From Candidatus Saccharimonadales bacterium (lineage in GTDB: Bacteria > Patescibacteriota > Saccharimonadia > Saccharimonadales > EFPC-124), in assembly GCA_035710125.1 (NCBI GenBank), contig DASTDY010000063.1:86446-150445 (forward strand): a stretch of 64,000 nt of DNA, read 5' to 3'. Positions within the stretch are counted from its first letter, which is position 1; the number at the start of each line of letters is the position of its first letter. The notes beneath the pieces are model-generated. The model was not told the origin of the DNA, searched no databases, and saw only the letters and a list, made by a program, of their open reading frames with translations. Positions 62,154 to 64,000 of this stretch are shown piece by piece. The translations under genes and the position numbers were made by a program.

Positions 62154-62879
62154 TTACCACATTATCTGGTTGCTCGCGTCGTAATGGCCTACCCGTACCC
62201 GCGAATCGCAGGCGCATTTGTAGCCGAACTCGCGGGCTTTTTGGAAAAACCATAAATCTTGAGTCATAACTTGTATGCCGCCACCGGGCGTGATTTCTTG
62301 CTTGGTTTTAAACCAGTGGCCGTATTCAAACCGTTTGTCTTTAAACATTTCGGTGCGGAATAGGGTAAAGCCCATGCCAAGACCGTTGCATGGGGTTACA
62401 GTTTCGGGCTGGGGGATTTGGGGAATAAAGTTGAGCGGCATACTTGCGGGGTTGCCATAGCACATGGGTTGGCCGCCTTCGCCCTTTGTCCAGTACAAAC
62501 CACCTACTGCGTCGTAGCTATCGATTGATTCGTATAATTTTAGTAAGCCATCGGCTGGCGGCGCGTTGTCTTCTTCGAGAGTTAAAATAAAGTTAAATTG
62601 GCTGAGTTCTGCGTTTTCGAGCACCATTTTAATAACTTGGTTGTAAGCTTCACCAACCTCCATGCCCTCCATAAAAATAGGGCCCAGAACTTTTTGGTTC
62701 ATGGGGCGGATAAGCCCTTGCCAGCTTTGCACAACGCGCGCCGGGATCATGCCGCGGGTGGGGCATACAATAATTGTGGATAGATCGCGGTAGGTCTTTT
62801 CTTTTTCTAGTCGAGTCGCGTAGTCGCTGGCGTTATGAATGCCAGCGTTGTCGGGGATAATAATTTGCGGTTTGGTCAT
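62154..62879 (-). CDS. glycosyltransferase (GT-A/GT2-like)
   Basis: STIIVCPTRG..., acidic LTLEEDNAPP (DxD-like); 241 aa. Confidence 0.6.
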   Translation of the reverse strand: MTKPQIIIPDNAGIHNASDYATRLEKEKTYRDLSTIIVCPTRGMIPARVVQSWQGLIRPMNQKVLGPIFMEGMEVGEAYNQVIKMVLENAELSQFNFILTLEEDNAPPADGLLKLYESIDSYDAVGGLYWTKGEGGQPMCYGNPASMPLNFIPQIPQPETVTPCNGLGMGFTLFRTEMFKDKRFEYGHWFKTKQEITPGGGIQVMTQDLWFFQKAREFGYKCACDSRVRVGHYDASNQIMW

Positions 62880-62894
62880 ACTGTATTTACCTTA

Positions 62895-63854
62895 TTAGGC
62901 GCGAATCCAGCCTACATTTACTGCGTATGGCCGAAAGGTTACGTTGTCTCCGTAAGATGTGCCGTTGGCATTAATTGCGTATGCTCGTGCATAGTATAGT
63001 GTACCATTACTTAACCCAGTTATCGAAACGCTGTACGATCCGGTGGTGCCGGCCGAGGTAGCTTTGCTGTCTGAAGTGGTTGGGTTGAGCGAGGTGCTCC
63101 AACATACACCGCGCTCTGTTATGGTTTCGCCGCCATCTGCAACTACGGTACCGTTTCCTGTAGCAGTGGTTACTGTTAGCTCTGTGACTGCCTGCGTTGT
63201 GACGGTAGGCGTGGTTATGACGCCCTGGATCTCTATGCCCCCTATTGTTGCTTGTTGACTACCAGGCGCGGTAAGGCCAATCGTTTGTGTGCCCGCAGTA
63301 GTGGTTACCTGGTACGCAAAATAGGCCACGTAAGAAGTAGTGCCAGATTTGTCATGAAGGCCATCTTGCGTCGCACTAGAACGGTAAGCCGGTGTGCCGG
63401 GCGCTACTGCATTCCAGTCGGCCGACACCCAGGATACAACACTGCCATCGGCAACCGTAGTCACCGTAAGTGAAGGTGCACCTGTCGATACGCCACTATT
63501 TACCGCCGGCGAACCGGCAAGTGTGGCGCTGCCCCAGCGCTCTACTACTATCGAGCGCCACCCACCTGTGCCGCCAAATGCTTGGCTTACAGTCATAGAG
63601 CCGGGCGAACCGCTTACAATTGCGCTATGGATTCTTATTACACTATTTGAGCTGGTTGCCTCGTATACCCGCGACGTAAATGTCTGCCCCCCGCCAGAAG
63701 CAGCACCGATATCCGGGTTGTTGAATGATTCGCTGGCCGCCTTAACAATCAAGACCTCACCGTTGTTAGGGGTGAATGCGGGCGTGTCAAGTGAAGTAAG
63801 ATCTGCCGTAGGCGAAAGAACCTCGTACGATGCGATAAGGCTGGGTGTTGCCAT
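62895..63854 (-). CDS. hypothetical beta-rich protein with C-terminal Fn3-like module (possible phage fibre or surface protein)
   Basis: 319 aa with no signal peptide. The C-terminus reads ITERGVCWSTSLNPTTSDSKATSAGTTGSYSVSITGLSNGTLYYARAYAINANGTSYG. Confidence 0.6.
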   Translation of the reverse strand: MATPSLIASYEVLSPTADLTSLDTPAFTPNNGEVLIVKAASESFNNPDIGAASGGGQTFTSRVYEATSSNSVIRIHSAIVSGSPGSMTVSQAFGGTGGWRSIVVERWGSATLAGSPAVNSGVSTGAPSLTVTTVADGSVVSWVSADWNAVAPGTPAYRSSATQDGLHDKSGTTSYVAYFAYQVTTTAGTQTIGLTAPGSQQATIGGIEIQGVITTPTVTTQAVTELTVTTATGNGTVVADGGETITERGVCWSTSLNPTTSDSKATSAGTTGSYSVSITGLSNGTLYYARAYAINANGTSYGDNVTFRPYAVNVGWIRA

Positions 63855-63859
63855 TGTGC

Positions 63860-64000
63860 CTACACCGTTCCGCTCACAAAATAGAATATAGGTTGGCGCA
63901 AGACTATGGACCCCGTACCATTGATCTGCGAAAATGCTACAGAGCTTGGCATGGCGGTTGTGGTGGTTGCATACACCCCAAGCCCCCTTGTGTATTGAAT
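63860..64000 (-). CDS. 3' end of an upstream ORF (5' end beyond window)
   Basis: Own translation ...GLGVYATTTTAMPSSVAFSQINGTGSIVLRQPIFYFVSGTV*; its stop lies 5 nt before the next ATG. Confidence 0.4.
   Translation of the reverse strand: MQYTRGLGVYATTTTAMPSSVAFSQINGTGSIVLRQPIFYFVSGTV

Noticed and set aside
1-64000. CRISPR arrays, rRNA genes, integrases/transposases, toxin-antitoxin pairs
   Set aside because: Reading both strands, I saw no regularly spaced short repeats, no rRNA-like conserved stretches and no recognisable recombinase or TA motifs. A repeat-finder run would be needed to be certain.

Overview
The window looks like a compact, reduced-genome bacterium with a backbone of roughly 50% G+C. 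Gene content suggests Patescibacteria/CPR, most like Saccharibacteria (TM7). This placement is an inference from tightly packed housekeeping operons, a complete Gram-positive-style type IV pilus locus, a ComEC without a metallo-beta-lactamase domain, a short TsaB and an HTH-MurA fusion. Backbone features: a Pif1-like helicase, SAM-I riboswitch plus metK, comEC, yebC-ruvC, ruvA-ruvB, recA-recX, a lamin-tail-domain surface protein, and pilB-pilC-pilA-three minor pilins-pilM-pilN-pilO. Also present are tsaE-tsaB, rny-CYTH, ymdB, bcp, an AsnB/CofE-like fusion, a membrane-anchored Clp/Hsp100-like ATPase coupled to a VIT1 transporter, sortase, HTH-MurA, glyA, murB, NUDIX, five tRNAs (Pro-UGG, Gly-UCC, His-GUG, Arg-UCU, Arg-CCG) and a candidate, rather divergent RNase P RNA. 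Four accessory layers stand out. (1) About twelve GC-rich (about 60-63% on hand-counted lines) single-gene cassettes are scattered through the backbone. Seven encode exported, lipo- or membrane proteins and one is a DUF2690-type (actinobacterial-style) secreted protein. Most end in their own perfect GC-rich hairpin, and several are driven by near-consensus promoters or strong SDs in AT-rich flanks. (2) An AT-rich (about 32-37%) island splits the rny...ymdB neighbourhood. It carries an Abi/HEPN-like ORF plus an operon of five unrelated small polytopic membrane proteins. (3) A duplicated 3-TM protein cassette has a conserved promoter/5' UTR and a conserved 46-48 nt 3' repeat, next to tRNA-Arg. 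(4) A WxL-like/DUF916 surface pair sits beside a methyltransferase-glycosyltransferase-Fn3-like operon at the right edge. I saw no CRISPR array, rRNA, or recognisable transposase or integrase.
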